The notes below the pieces were generated by a model, which did not search any database, was not told where the DNA came from, and saw only the letters and a list, made by a program, of their open reading frames with translations. The translations under genes were made by a program, and so were the position numbers. DNA of 64,000 bases from Tubiluchus corallicola (lineage: Eukaryota > Animalia > Priapulida), in the NCBI GenBank assembly GCA_030141605.1, contig JAQGDQ010000014.1, positions 124,001-188,000 on the forward strand. The letters run 5' to 3'. Shown here piece by piece: positions 54,041 through 64,000 of the stretch (positions within the stretch are counted from its first letter, which is position 1; the number at the start of each line of letters is the position of its first letter).

Positions 54041-54605
54041 GCGGATATTTCGTTACGGTACCGTTTTTGAGGCTCTCTCTGCAGGTATGGCTGGACTGTA
54101 TTTCCAAGCTCACTACAGGTCAGTGTTCAAGCTTGGTGTATATGGTTTTGCCTCTACATATCTTGCTACAACATTTTTGCCAGTATTTATGACTGGCTTG
54201 TTTCAGCACTCTCAAGTGAACTCTGATATTATAATTGGAAAGACGCCGTGCTTGATTTGCCTCCAGGTTCGATCTGCAACGATACAGACATTGTTAGGAA
54301 CCATTTATCCACTTTTCTTGGCTCCAGTAGCTGCCTCATTTGTTGCTTCTAGGTACCACACTTATCCAATTCCTGAGTTGAAGCAGTATAAGTCAATCAT
54401 AGAGCTTTGGAAGGACCTGACAAAGCCAATAATGCGACATATTGGACTGTTTGCCGCCTTTCAAATTGCTGTGGCTTCAATGGTCACGTATAAAGAAATA
54501 GAACAAATTCAAGTTTTTAAGCAAAAGGTCTGGCAGCGTGAAGTTCAAAAAGAAAAGGTAAAAGAGAATGTAGACATGCAGCAAATAAGCAATGAATTCT
54601 CTTGA
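54041..54605 (+). CDS. TMEM126: TMEM126 family mitochondrial inner-membrane protein (complex I assembly factor family), last exon
   Basis: Acceptor tttttgcag; protein shows CLIC-x3-R, GTIYPLFLAP, ASRY and W-x3-TKP patterns with about four hydrophobic segments, as in TMEM126A/B. Confidence 0.8.
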
Positions 54606-55063
54606 TTTATTTGAGACAGTAAGCATAAATTAGGAAATATTTGATCAATAGCTACAGTGTAGTATGGTTGTTGGTAATTGTCCTCTAAATTTGCAGATAA
54701 AAATAAAAGTAACATTAACAGATCTCTTGAACATATTTATGAACATACCTTGCCACAACATTTTTGTCAGTGTTTACGGCTGACTTGTTTCAGCACTCTC
54801 TGTTAATGGAACAGTTTAGCCTAATTGAATGCATTATACACCTGTCTTATATTAAAACACTTACATGGATTTTTAAGAAATTATTTGTGCTTTCATCTGG
54901 TAAAAAAACAGATACATATAGTTACCTAGTGCGACGGCATGTCTTGAAAATAAATTATTTGTCAATTATGTTAATTAAATTTTTGGTTTCTTGGGTTACC
55001 AATAAGTGTGGCGCTGTTTAAGCATTTGTAATTTGATAACTTGCTCTTGTCACCCCTTCAAGG

Positions 55064-55804
55064 TTATGCGTATGTCCCACTGAGTAAAGCACTTAGTTCT
55101 TGAGGAGTAAAAAGAACTGCGGCAGTTCCGTCTCTGAAATTTTGGTCGCTTTCCTGTTGGTACTGAGTGACTGCATTGTTGGTCAAACTAATCAAAATAT
55201 TGTTAAAATTCTGATCTAAATACATTGCAGTAGGTAGGATTTCGGATGATGCAGCATTGCTTGGTTGTGCAAAGCAGGTAATTTGTTCTCCATCAGCTTG
55301 CGTTGCAGAGGCGGTCAGTAATTTTAATCTTTCCTGTATCCAGTTTCTGTTGAGATGATAAGTCATATTTTGTATTTGACAAATATTACAGAAATTTCCA
55401 AATCTATGTTGAAATTTCATTCTTTTGCTTTTATTTTTGGCTGCTTGGTCTACATACGCGGTGTGTGCATGCATAGCTTTCCGATGAATGCAGTTCCATA
55501 AAAGCAGCACTGACGTGATGCATAAACCTGGCATGTAAATTCCTGAATAGGCATAGCTGTTGCATCCAAAAAATGCTTGTCGTAGAATTGTTAAGTTTCT
55601 ATGCCACAATAGATGATTACTTCTGCGATCCACTGAGTGGATGTGCTGTGATTCTGCAAAACACGAGGGTTGATCATGAGACGTTCCTGGAATGACCTCA
55701 TTTGGAATCATGCGGGCTAATACAGCTGCTGGATATGGCAAAGCAGGTAGCGAGTGGGATCTCTGATTGCTGAATTCTATGCAGGCAGTAACTGCTTTGT
55801 CAAC
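55064..55804 (-). CDS. RING-finger gene, last exon (uncharacterised C-terminal domain)
   Basis: Open frame from acceptor taatttaag|GTT (55804, phase 0) to stop at 55064; phase matches the donor at 56713. Confidence 0.6.
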   Translation of the reverse strand, partial: VDKAVTACIEFSNQRSHSLPALPYPAAVLARMIPNEVIPGTSHDQPSCFAESQHIHSVDRRSNHLLWHRNLTILRQAFFGCNSYAYSGIYMPGLCITSVLLLWNCIHRKAMHAHTAYVDQAAKNKSKRMKFQHRFGNFCNICQIQNMTYHLNRNWIQERLKLLTASATQADGEQITCFAQPSNAASSEILPTAMYLDQNFNNILISLTNNAVTQYQQESDQNFRDGTAAVLFTPQELSALLSGTYA

Positions 55805-56712
55805 CTTAAATTAGAAGGTTAGATTAATGAATTACTTTAAATGGCAAGTACATGTCAATAAAGTGTTAGCAATATTTTGGTTACAACTAGGAGGCTTACG
55901 AATAACAAATTCTCTGTTGCCCACAGTTGAGTGGATGTACACTGGTATGACTCTACCAACCAGTACCTGTGCTGATGGGTGTGGTGGCTTACCTTCTGTG
56001 AGCTTAGAGGTGCAATTTAAAACATTTTAACATGTTTTTAACGATGTTCACTTTAAATCAAAGCCAAGGTCATAAATGTCATTTTAACTTTATCTGCATA
56101 TGTATTACTTATGTGCCAAGTTGGCACAAATGTGGCCTTAATGGTACATATTGTGAGAGGCCATCAATTTTTAAGGTAAAATCATAGTGGCATTTCCTTA
56201 CCTTTGTACTACCTGTATGCCAGATGTGAATGCCTTTGCCTTAGTGCCCTTGAATGTTTGCCTTTACCCTTCTGTGGTGTTGCAAGTCATTTGAAGGAAT
56301 ATATTGAGTGCCTACACCTTGATGACATTCAAGTATATCATTTATTATTGATCATAGCGACCCTTCTACCTCTTGCTAGTATTATTGATTTACCACAAAA
56401 CCACTTTATTTATTTGGCCTTTGTCTACGAAATTTGACTTCAAGAGACCTTGGAGGTATAGTACAAGATGTCCAAACAAAAATATTCTGTACAGGATCCT
56501 GCTACTTCAAGGCCAAGCTCATGCATGTCATAGAGACATTCCCCCTGTTAGTACTACCTACATGCCAACCTTGATTATGTTGGCTGCAGGTATGTTGGAG
56601 ATGATGCCAAACTTGTAGACAGGTTGACCTCTATCCTCATCTACATTAGCTGGGAAGGAAATAATATCACTAGTCAGAAAACTGGTAAATTATTAAATTT
56701 TGAGATAATTAC

Positions 56713-58359
56713 CATTTGTTTTTGATTTGAAGTTTGCTTTCGCTCTTTGCTTTGTTTATAGCCCTTTACTGCATTTGTTAAGGAAACGTTTCGATTTGCT
56801 GTACTGACGTTTATGCTAACTTTTGTTCTACAAGTAGGACATTTTAGCACAGAATAACCTGGTGGATAGTCATGCGAATACGAAACCACATTCCTTTCGG
56901 TTGATAGTTCAGAAGGCTGTTCACTGTTTTGAAGCTGACTTTGATATAATGTCTGCTGACCCAGTAGCTCACGAAAACGTGACTGTAGATTCCTGTATTC
57001 ATTCAATTCTTGACGCAAAGATTCCATGTATTCAATTGCGGCATTTGTGGCCATAGCCTGTGCATCTGTTGGAGAATCAGTGTTTTCTGCACGATCTTCA
57101 ATTGGTGAGTCAGAAAAAAGGTCCAAATTTAAATCTTCTGAAGTGTTAAGACTGGATGATTCTGCCATTGCCACTGGGTTACTTGACAAACTTTGCTGTT
57201 CTGCTGACATGGAGTGTACACTTCTCACATGCTCAATAGTACTTCTACCTGATGCCCAATTTTCATGTGTTTGTGTTTGCTCATTCAAAATTTGGCTGTA
57301 TAAATCCGCATTTTCTTCGCCAACTTCAGCACCAGCGTTAATGCTTGGTACTTCCCGATACAAAAGCTCTGTATCGATCAACTGATTTGATTGTGTTTCC
57401 TGCTCTCTGCTTCCTTCATACTGCCCAGATTCGATGTTTGCTGAGTTGGACAGGATGTACATTTCTTCTACGTTTAGTGGAGTAAATAGTCTAGTGTCTG
57501 GTGTTGCGATGCCATTCTCATTTTCTAAGCTGTATTGTTCTTCAGTTGAGAAAGGCAACTCTTGCAGCGAGACCTCTTGGTTATTTCGGATCCCTGTTTC
57601 CTCATTTTGATAAGTAATAAACCCATCAGATGATCTGCTAACTGACAGCAGTGGTTGAATTTGTGCTCTGAAAATCTCCTCAGATGAAGTGGTTGTATTA
57701 ATTGGATTATAGCTAGTATGTGCCTGTCTCTGTGAGGGCATATTTTGCTCGTAGTCTGTTCTGCCAGCATTCTGCATGTGTGACAGGTAAAAGTCCTCGT
57801 TTGAATTTAGAGTCTGTGTAATAGGTGTACTGTGATCACCATTTAATTCTAGATTAGTAGGTGTCAATGATGTTGTGTCATCATTTTCTTCACTCTCATT
57901 ATCAAAATCTGGTGGCATTGTATCATACTCATCAAAATCGTAGTAGGGCAATTGGATACGATCGTAGTGTTGGAATAGTTCCTGCTGTATGTTGGACAGC
58001 AATGGAATATTTTCCCATTCTGAATTCCCTTCTGTGTTACTGCTGGTGTTATATTGCTGTAGCGCATGTTCATTGGCGTGATGGCCTTCAAGGTTTTCTA
58101 GTTGTTCTCTTATTTGCCCGAATGTGTTTTCGAGTGCTTGAGGAAGGTTAATGATACTAGCTTCATGTCTTAGTTCTTGTCCAGCCAGTGTGGCTAGAGG
58201 TGGTACTCCTGGTCCTCTATTCATTAATAAATTTCTTGGTGATTGCCATGTTGTCTGCCAGGGCCGTGGGCGCCTCGTGTTTTCATTGGTGTTTTGTGAT
58301 AGTGAATCTATGGATGTCCAACGAAAATGTCCTTCAGAAGATGATGATTCTGTTGCTAA
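56713..58359 (-). CDS. RING-finger gene, large exon 2 (acidic low-complexity insert plus the last RING Cys pair CPTC)
   Basis: Acceptor tctttatag, 1647 nt open, donor ATG|gtaatt; contains VLKCPTCRTKV...RNVSLTNAVKGY. Confidence 0.75.
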
Positions 58360-58504
58360 CTATAAAGACGGTAAAAGACAAAATTAGGCAGACAGTAGCA
58401 AGTTTTTCTACGACAGTGCAGAATTGTCTAACAGTTTTTATATAACTTTTTGCATGACCGACGAAGGATTCTGAAGAAACTACCAAATTTTAGTACGTCA
58501 CTTA

Positions 58505-58780
<276 letters not shown>

Positions 58781-59059
58781 TTACTAAGGTAGCATGCCAA
58801 CTACAAGTATCACATTTAATGTCATACCTCTTTATCTATTAAGGAATCTTTGAGACATCCAGCTTTAATTACTGGACAGAGTGGATGTCCAGAACTTAGC
58901 TTTAATTTAACAAAACTGGGTGGTGATGCTAAGATTCAGTTAGATAAATGAAATTTTTTTGAGTGCACTAAAGGGCACTGCATGATGAGAAGCGATCTAC
59001 ACACTTTCTAGTGCGTAAAAGTAAATTCCAAACACTAAACAATTGTAAAAAAACAACTG

Positions 59060-60547
59060 TTATGCTTTATTGGGTTTGGTAACACCTGGCAGTCCTAGGT
59101 GATCAAATTCCATGGCATCATTGTGTGGCTTTATTCTCACAGTCTTACGTGCCTTTACACATCTTTCTAAACATGTTACACACAAGCCCAGGAGAATGCC
59201 ACCAGCCAACATTAAAAATACAGACTGGAGTTGTTTCAACCGAATTGGCTCTAAAACTGCACGTACAAACGACATTCGTTTGTGGTGACACAGAACAGAG
59301 TCCCCGTACAAGGCATTTACATGTTTTGTGTATAAACCACTTGCATCCAATGATTCAAGTCCGTAATTTAGAGCAGCAACGTATTTGCTGCTGGTATTCC
59401 GTTTGGGGATTGCCCATGAAGCATAGGAATCGAGAAACTGCGGAGAAGGTGCAATAGTGAAACGACATTTCTTATGCTTCTTATAGTCACGGCTGATCTT
59501 CAGTTTTGCAGCTACAAGGTCATCAAAGAACGTGTAATGCCCTGTTGCAGTCAAATCCATGGCTTCTGTTGTAAAATCTACTAGGTAGATGTCATTTCGC
59601 TGCATTTTCTGCCAGAGTTGTCCCAGTTCCGACTCGGAATGGCTGGTGTTCAGGTAGTAAAGTTCTGTGTAATATCTTTTTGTGATTACTGATATTTTCT
59701 TGCTGTTTATAAGATCTTTCAGAGAAAAGAATGGATACTCAGGCTGCCTAACTGTAAACAAGCTGAAGAGAGTTCCAGCATATAGGGAGGAAATTGTTAT
59801 TGCAAAAAGCCACCAGAAAAAAATGAGTATACGCCCTGTTGTTGATTGTGGCATCCTTTCAAACAGCCATCCCTGACGTAGTACACATGCAACCATATGT
59901 AGATAATGGTCTATTATAGAATGCCTTCTTATGACGATTTTGCTCGTGTGGGGCTCAAGTCTTTCATACATGTACATAATACAACATGTTGTAACAATAC
60001 ATCCGAACAACACAAGACGAATCGATCCAGATAGTGATGCGAGAAAATCTGTTGCTTGCTCAATTCCTGTTGGATACTTAATTATAAATACTTCGGATGT
60101 GTACTGTATGGGGCGCAAAAATCCCATTTTAGCGAACCGTTCAGTAGTCATGCGTCGGATATTAAGACGTAAGTCTATGACCCCTGCATTGAATACGTCA
60201 ACTTCTGATACACTGTAATTAAAGAATTGTATGGTAAATGTGAAGTTAAGCATTCTTGATAACACGTTAAGGGCTGGTAAATGCATTTGGGCTAACCAGT
60301 TGTCAACCTTCGAAGAATCTCCTTCTGTCCAATAGCCTGTGCGAATATTCATTCCATCCAAGTTATACTGCACATTGTTGAGTCCCACTTTTCTTTTTTG
60401 CACGCTCCCATTTGAGTAAAATAAAACTGGTTTGCTTTTGTTCACACACCAAACTGTGATGTCACGTAAAGCATGGCCAGTAGTAGAAATGTGCTTGACT
60501 GCAACAGTAAGCGTAATGATTGCGAAGCACGCGTTACTGATAAACAT
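59060..60547 (-). CDS. Intronless ionotropic glutamate receptor-like / IR-type ligand-gated ion channel
   Basis: Signal-like N-terminus; S1 (DLRLNIRRMTTERFAKMGFLRP), M1, pore (VLRQGW...PQSTTGRIL), M3 (FWWLFAITISSLYAGTLFSLFT), S2, M4 (PIRLKQLQSVFLMLAGGILLG); no amino-terminal domain. Confidence 0.85.
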   Translation of the reverse strand: MFISNACFAIITLTVAVKHISTTGHALRDITVWCVNKSKPVLFYSNGSVQKRKVGLNNVQYNLDGMNIRTGYWTEGDSSKVDNWLAQMHLPALNVLSRMLNFTFTIQFFNYSVSEVDVFNAGVIDLRLNIRRMTTERFAKMGFLRPIQYTSEVFIIKYPTGIEQATDFLASLSGSIRLVLFGCIVTTCCIMYMYERLEPHTSKIVIRRHSIIDHYLHMVACVLRQGWLFERMPQSTTGRILIFFWWLFAITISSLYAGTLFSLFTVRQPEYPFFSLKDLINSKKISVITKRYYTELYYLNTSHSESELGQLWQKMQRNDIYLVDFTTEAMDLTATGHYTFFDDLVAAKLKISRDYKKHKKCRFTIAPSPQFLDSYASWAIPKRNTSSKYVAALNYGLESLDASGLYTKHVNALYGDSVLCHHKRMSFVRAVLEPIRLKQLQSVFLMLAGGILLGLCVTCLERCVKARKTVRIKPHNDAMEFDHLGLPGVTKPNKA

Positions 60548-61945
60548 TATCACAAGATTATCTTCAGATTTCCTTGGCGCTACAACTGATTGGACAAATA
60601 CAGAATTCTGCTCACTCTGTCATTTAAAAGTTTCAGCAACTTTACAAATTTGTTACCTGTAACACCCACAACCCATTGCAAATAATATCAGTATGTATGC
60701 ACCTGCTACTTTACAACTAACGTGCATGAGTCATAGTGTTACTATGTATATGGTAAAGTTGTTTGAAAGAATGGAAAATCTATACTTTCATGTACATTAG
60801 TTAAGAGTACTTATTCATACAGTGTAAACACCATTGCACTAATTGTGAATGACATCAATCATAGGAACTCGCTATTATTTACATAAAGGGAAGAGCTTTT
60901 CTTGCTTTCCATTAATAACAGATTTTCCACTGTGATGCTCCATTCCATTCCATTAATAATTTAATGTAATGTGAGCTGGTGAAACACATTAGTATTATTT
61001 AAGTGTCTTAAAAACACATTAGTATTATTTAACTGTCTTAAATGTATTATACAATAATTTAAGTGATTTAGAACATCACACAGTAATAAAAAATGTAAAA
61101 TTGTAGAATGTAGACGTAATTAAATGTCCTTGTTGCACATTACAGCATAGGTAAATAAAAATAGAAGACTGATTTCAATAAATTTAATTTGTGACTAGGT
61201 TTTGATTAAACTTATAATCAAATGTTGTTAAAAAGTCAACAAAAGACGACGGTGATCTTATAAGTGTAAGCATCGTAGTATGTGACTAGACAAGTGTGCG
61301 CATTTGAGTTATATTCTTGTTCTTATAAAAATAATCTTGATGGGAAAAACATTGAAATAAGTTTCATAATTTGCTGCACAATAAGCACAATTAAAATTCA
61401 TTTCTTTAAAATTGATACAAACTAGTAACAACGTCTTTAACTAATTGAAATAATAGTTGTAAAAACATAATTAGATAAACGTGACCATAGAAACTGATTA
61501 GAAATTAAAATTGGTCAACTAATAGCCTTTTTAATGCCACTATTTTGGTTAGCCTTTATATCGTTTTTATTCAGTCTCCCTGACAGCCTGAGTAAAATTT
61601 CAGCAAGTTTTTTTGTAAAAATTGACTTATTCGATTGACGGTGCAAGTTACACTAAATTCCTATAATAATGTGAGATGTAGCATTTTAACAAAATATAAT
61701 TACTAATTTGCAGTACTCATCACAAAGTTGTGTTTAGTACTTGTTTTTGTAACAATTAGATTTTCAATTGCATTGTATTAACAGCTACCATTGTTACTGA
61801 TTTCTCGGACTTTTTCATATTATCATAATATAAAATGTAAGCTGCAACACAGAGTGCTAAGTTACCACGCATAACAATTAAATCAGTTTGCAATTATGGG
61901 CACTACAGTAAAAATTTGGATCAAATGTCATGATTTGTAACAAAA

Positions 61946-62195
61946 TTAAGGTAGACACTCATAAATAGGATTGAGTGGGTTATCGCTGATACTAAAACAC
62001 TGCTGCATGCCACACGGATTCTCGTAGCAACTGTCATATAAGTGGCAGTTTCTTCCATAATATGGTGGGATACAGTTGCATCTATAGTTATTGGGCAAAG
62101 TGGTGCAAGTTCCACCGTTCAGACAAACAACACTGTCACATAAATCAATCAGCTGCCGACACATTGGTCCAGTATATCCAGGCGGACATGAGCAT
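61946..62195 (-). CDS. EGF-repeat protein, apparent last exon
   Basis: CSCPPGYTGPMC...CLNGGTC...CNCIPPYYGRNC EGF motifs; acceptor ttttgcag, phase 2, matches the donor at 63757. Confidence 0.85.
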
Positions 62196-62492
62196 CTGCA
62201 AAACAATCACACTGTCACTCTGACAGTTTTAGCAGACCTGACGTCACTCTTAACTAATGATAAAGAGATACAACTGGAATATTGTGAGAAGGTAGCATTT
62301 TAAAGCTGTCTTTATAATTGTAATCACACAAAACCACATTTCTCAGTTCAGAAGTAAGGCACTCTAGTCGACATGCTAGGTCTAATAATTAATCCTTTTT
62401 CAGTTAAAGAAAAAAAGTAGTAAGTAAAAAGGGATCCTAGACAGCTTACTTCTGGTAAATATTAAAGTAATTAATTTAGAATTATTTTTTTT

Positions 62493-63495
62493 GGTGCGCG
62501 GTAAAATGGCGCAGGAAAAAATGGCATGGTAAAATGGCACAGAAAGAAATGGCATGGTAAAAATTGCACAGGAAAAAATGGCACGAATGGACAAGTAGGT
62601 AAAAATGGCACAGGAAAAGTAGAAAATATGGCAAATGTGTTATACTGATGCAATTGATTTCTATAATAAAACTAGAATGCACTCAGTAAGAAGTAGATCT
62701 CTGCCAAAGCCGAACAACCCTAAAACTTATTTGTCTGATTCTTTTGATTAAAAAAATTTAATACAGAAATAAACAAGCAAATATACAAAAATGAGTGTTG
62801 GTATTATGGTGTAGATTAGCAAAAGTCTCACAAGTATTTGCTCATTAAATAGATTTATAATCAATAATGCAAGAATGTTCCTCATATTGTTTATCTACCC
62901 CTTTTAACCATTAATTTTGTCATTGTGCTAATAGACTGACATATATATTCGTATTTACATACCAGATTATCTGATAAGGCTCTACACATTAATAACCAAA
63001 GGTTATAGACAGCGTTACACATTCGACAATTTCTCGAAATGGTACTAGAACTAACTCGTAGTACATTGTTTGTCCAGGTGGAGATAACAAAAAAAGAAAT
63101 ATAAACATTTCTCTGAGATTTCCACAAAGTATTTCATAAATGTTTCTGCCTTCTCCACAAAGTTTCATGGAAATCTATTAGGTAGTGTAGTTGTGTTATA
63201 GGCTTAAACCCATAACAGACAAAAACAACCAAATAAACAAACTGTATTGAAGCACAACTTCCTTGGCAGAGGTAAAAATAACTAAAATAATTATCCCCCG
63301 TGCCAATCCTAACCCTGCAACACATTTTACTAAGTGTGGCATTTTTTCCTGTGTCATTTTACCTACTTTTCCATTTGTGCCATTTTTTGCTGTGCCATCT
63401 TTTCCTGTGCCATTTTTACTGTGCTATTTTTTCCCATGTCATTTTTACATAATTTCAATTTGTGCCATTTTTCCTGTGCATTTTTACCTACATTC
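62493..63495. mobile_element. Foldback-like element with inverted arrays of ~15-bp repeats (aaaatggcacag / ctgtgccatttt)
   Basis: Array at 62493-62640 is the reverse complement of the array at 63337-63495; lies in the EGF-gene intron. Confidence 0.7.
62669..63275 (-). mobile_element. Helentron/HINE-like non-autonomous element nested in the foldback element
   Basis: Minus strand begins ttacctctgccaaggaagttgtg...tttgtttatttggttg and ends ctttggcagagatctact...tgagtgcattctagtt: subterminal inverted repeat with an asymmetric end. Confidence 0.55.
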
Positions 63496-63756
63496 TCTTT
63501 TTTCACTATAACTCATAAACATTAGTGCCGGTGTTAGTCTTTTCTAATGACTTTAATAATGTTTTTTGTATTTAATGTAAATTTGAATCTATGGAAGCCA
63601 TAGTGGCTTTCTGCAACCATATACATACTGCAAATGATGACTAACTACATCAGATCATCAAATGTGGAAAACATTGCCTACAGTAAACAGAAAGGCCGCA
63701 TTCTAAAAATAGCCTGTCAGCTAATTGTAGCTGTGTGCAAAACAATAAAAACCTAC

Positions 63757-63993
63757 CGAAAGCCATTTGGATTATTGTAACAAGTTGAGATGGGATTACA
63801 CGGCCGTGATGCGCAAAAGTCTTCTTGTTCACAATTTGATCCAATGTAACCTTCTGGGCAGAAACACAAATAAAGTGTGCCATATGCCAAGTTCTCTTCT
63901 GGAATGCAGGTGGCGCCTTGACGGCACGGTGAACCTACACAGCTGTTTTGTTTCTCACAGAACTTGCCAGAGTATCCAGTTAAGCAATCACAT
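63757..63993 (-). CDS. EGF-repeat protein, internal exon
   Basis: Acceptor ttttcag, donor CG|gtaggt, 237 nt phase 2-2; encodes CDCLTGYSGKFCE...CRQGATC...CFCPEGYIGSNCE...CASRPCNPISTC (absent from the ORF track). Confidence 0.85.
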
Positions 63994-64000
63994 CTGAAAA

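Noticed and set aside
56200-56650. Additional RING-gene exon
   Set aside because: Splice-like sites exist but all three minus-strand frames contain stops; direct phase-0 splicing 56713-55804 is simpler.
60547-61960. EGF repeats spliced onto the ionotropic receptor as an ectodomain
   Set aside because: In-frame stop ~22 codons upstream of the receptor ORF, no convincing phase-2 acceptor, and the receptor has its own signal-like N-terminus.
62400-63525. Short Cys/Phe-rich ORFs (CAIF repeats)
   Set aside because: Translations of the tgtgccatttt repeat arrays.

Overview
AT-rich, intron-containing genomic DNA from an invertebrate animal; no prokaryotic features. Positions 1 to ~40 kb lie within a minus-strand discs large (Dlg/DLG1-like MAGUK) gene: a 19-nt first coding exon (MPVRRE, 39647-39665), a ~30-kb intron, the 132-nt L27 exon (9289-9420), then a further intron running off the left edge. 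A Gln-rich ORF at 23236-23731 has a phase-compatible donor and looks like an alternative first exon of Dlg. Nested in the intron after the L27 exon are an intronless Src-like SH3-SH2-kinase ORF, whose kinase, SH2 and SH3 all carry substitutions at key functional residues (probable pseudokinase), and the C-terminus of a second divergent tyrosine kinase on the opposite strand. The right end holds a TMEM126-like gene (+), a three-exon RING gene whose C3HC4 finger is split by a ~510-aa insert (-), an intronless ionotropic-receptor-like channel (-) and two exons of an EGF-repeat gene (-). Repeats include a 5'-truncated CR1/L2-group LINE with a PHD-EN-RT ORF2, older LINE fragments, tRNA-derived SINEs, several MITE families, a Helentron/HINE-like element and a Penelope-type hammerhead-like inverted repeat. 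All calls come from reading motifs by eye; no database searches were run.
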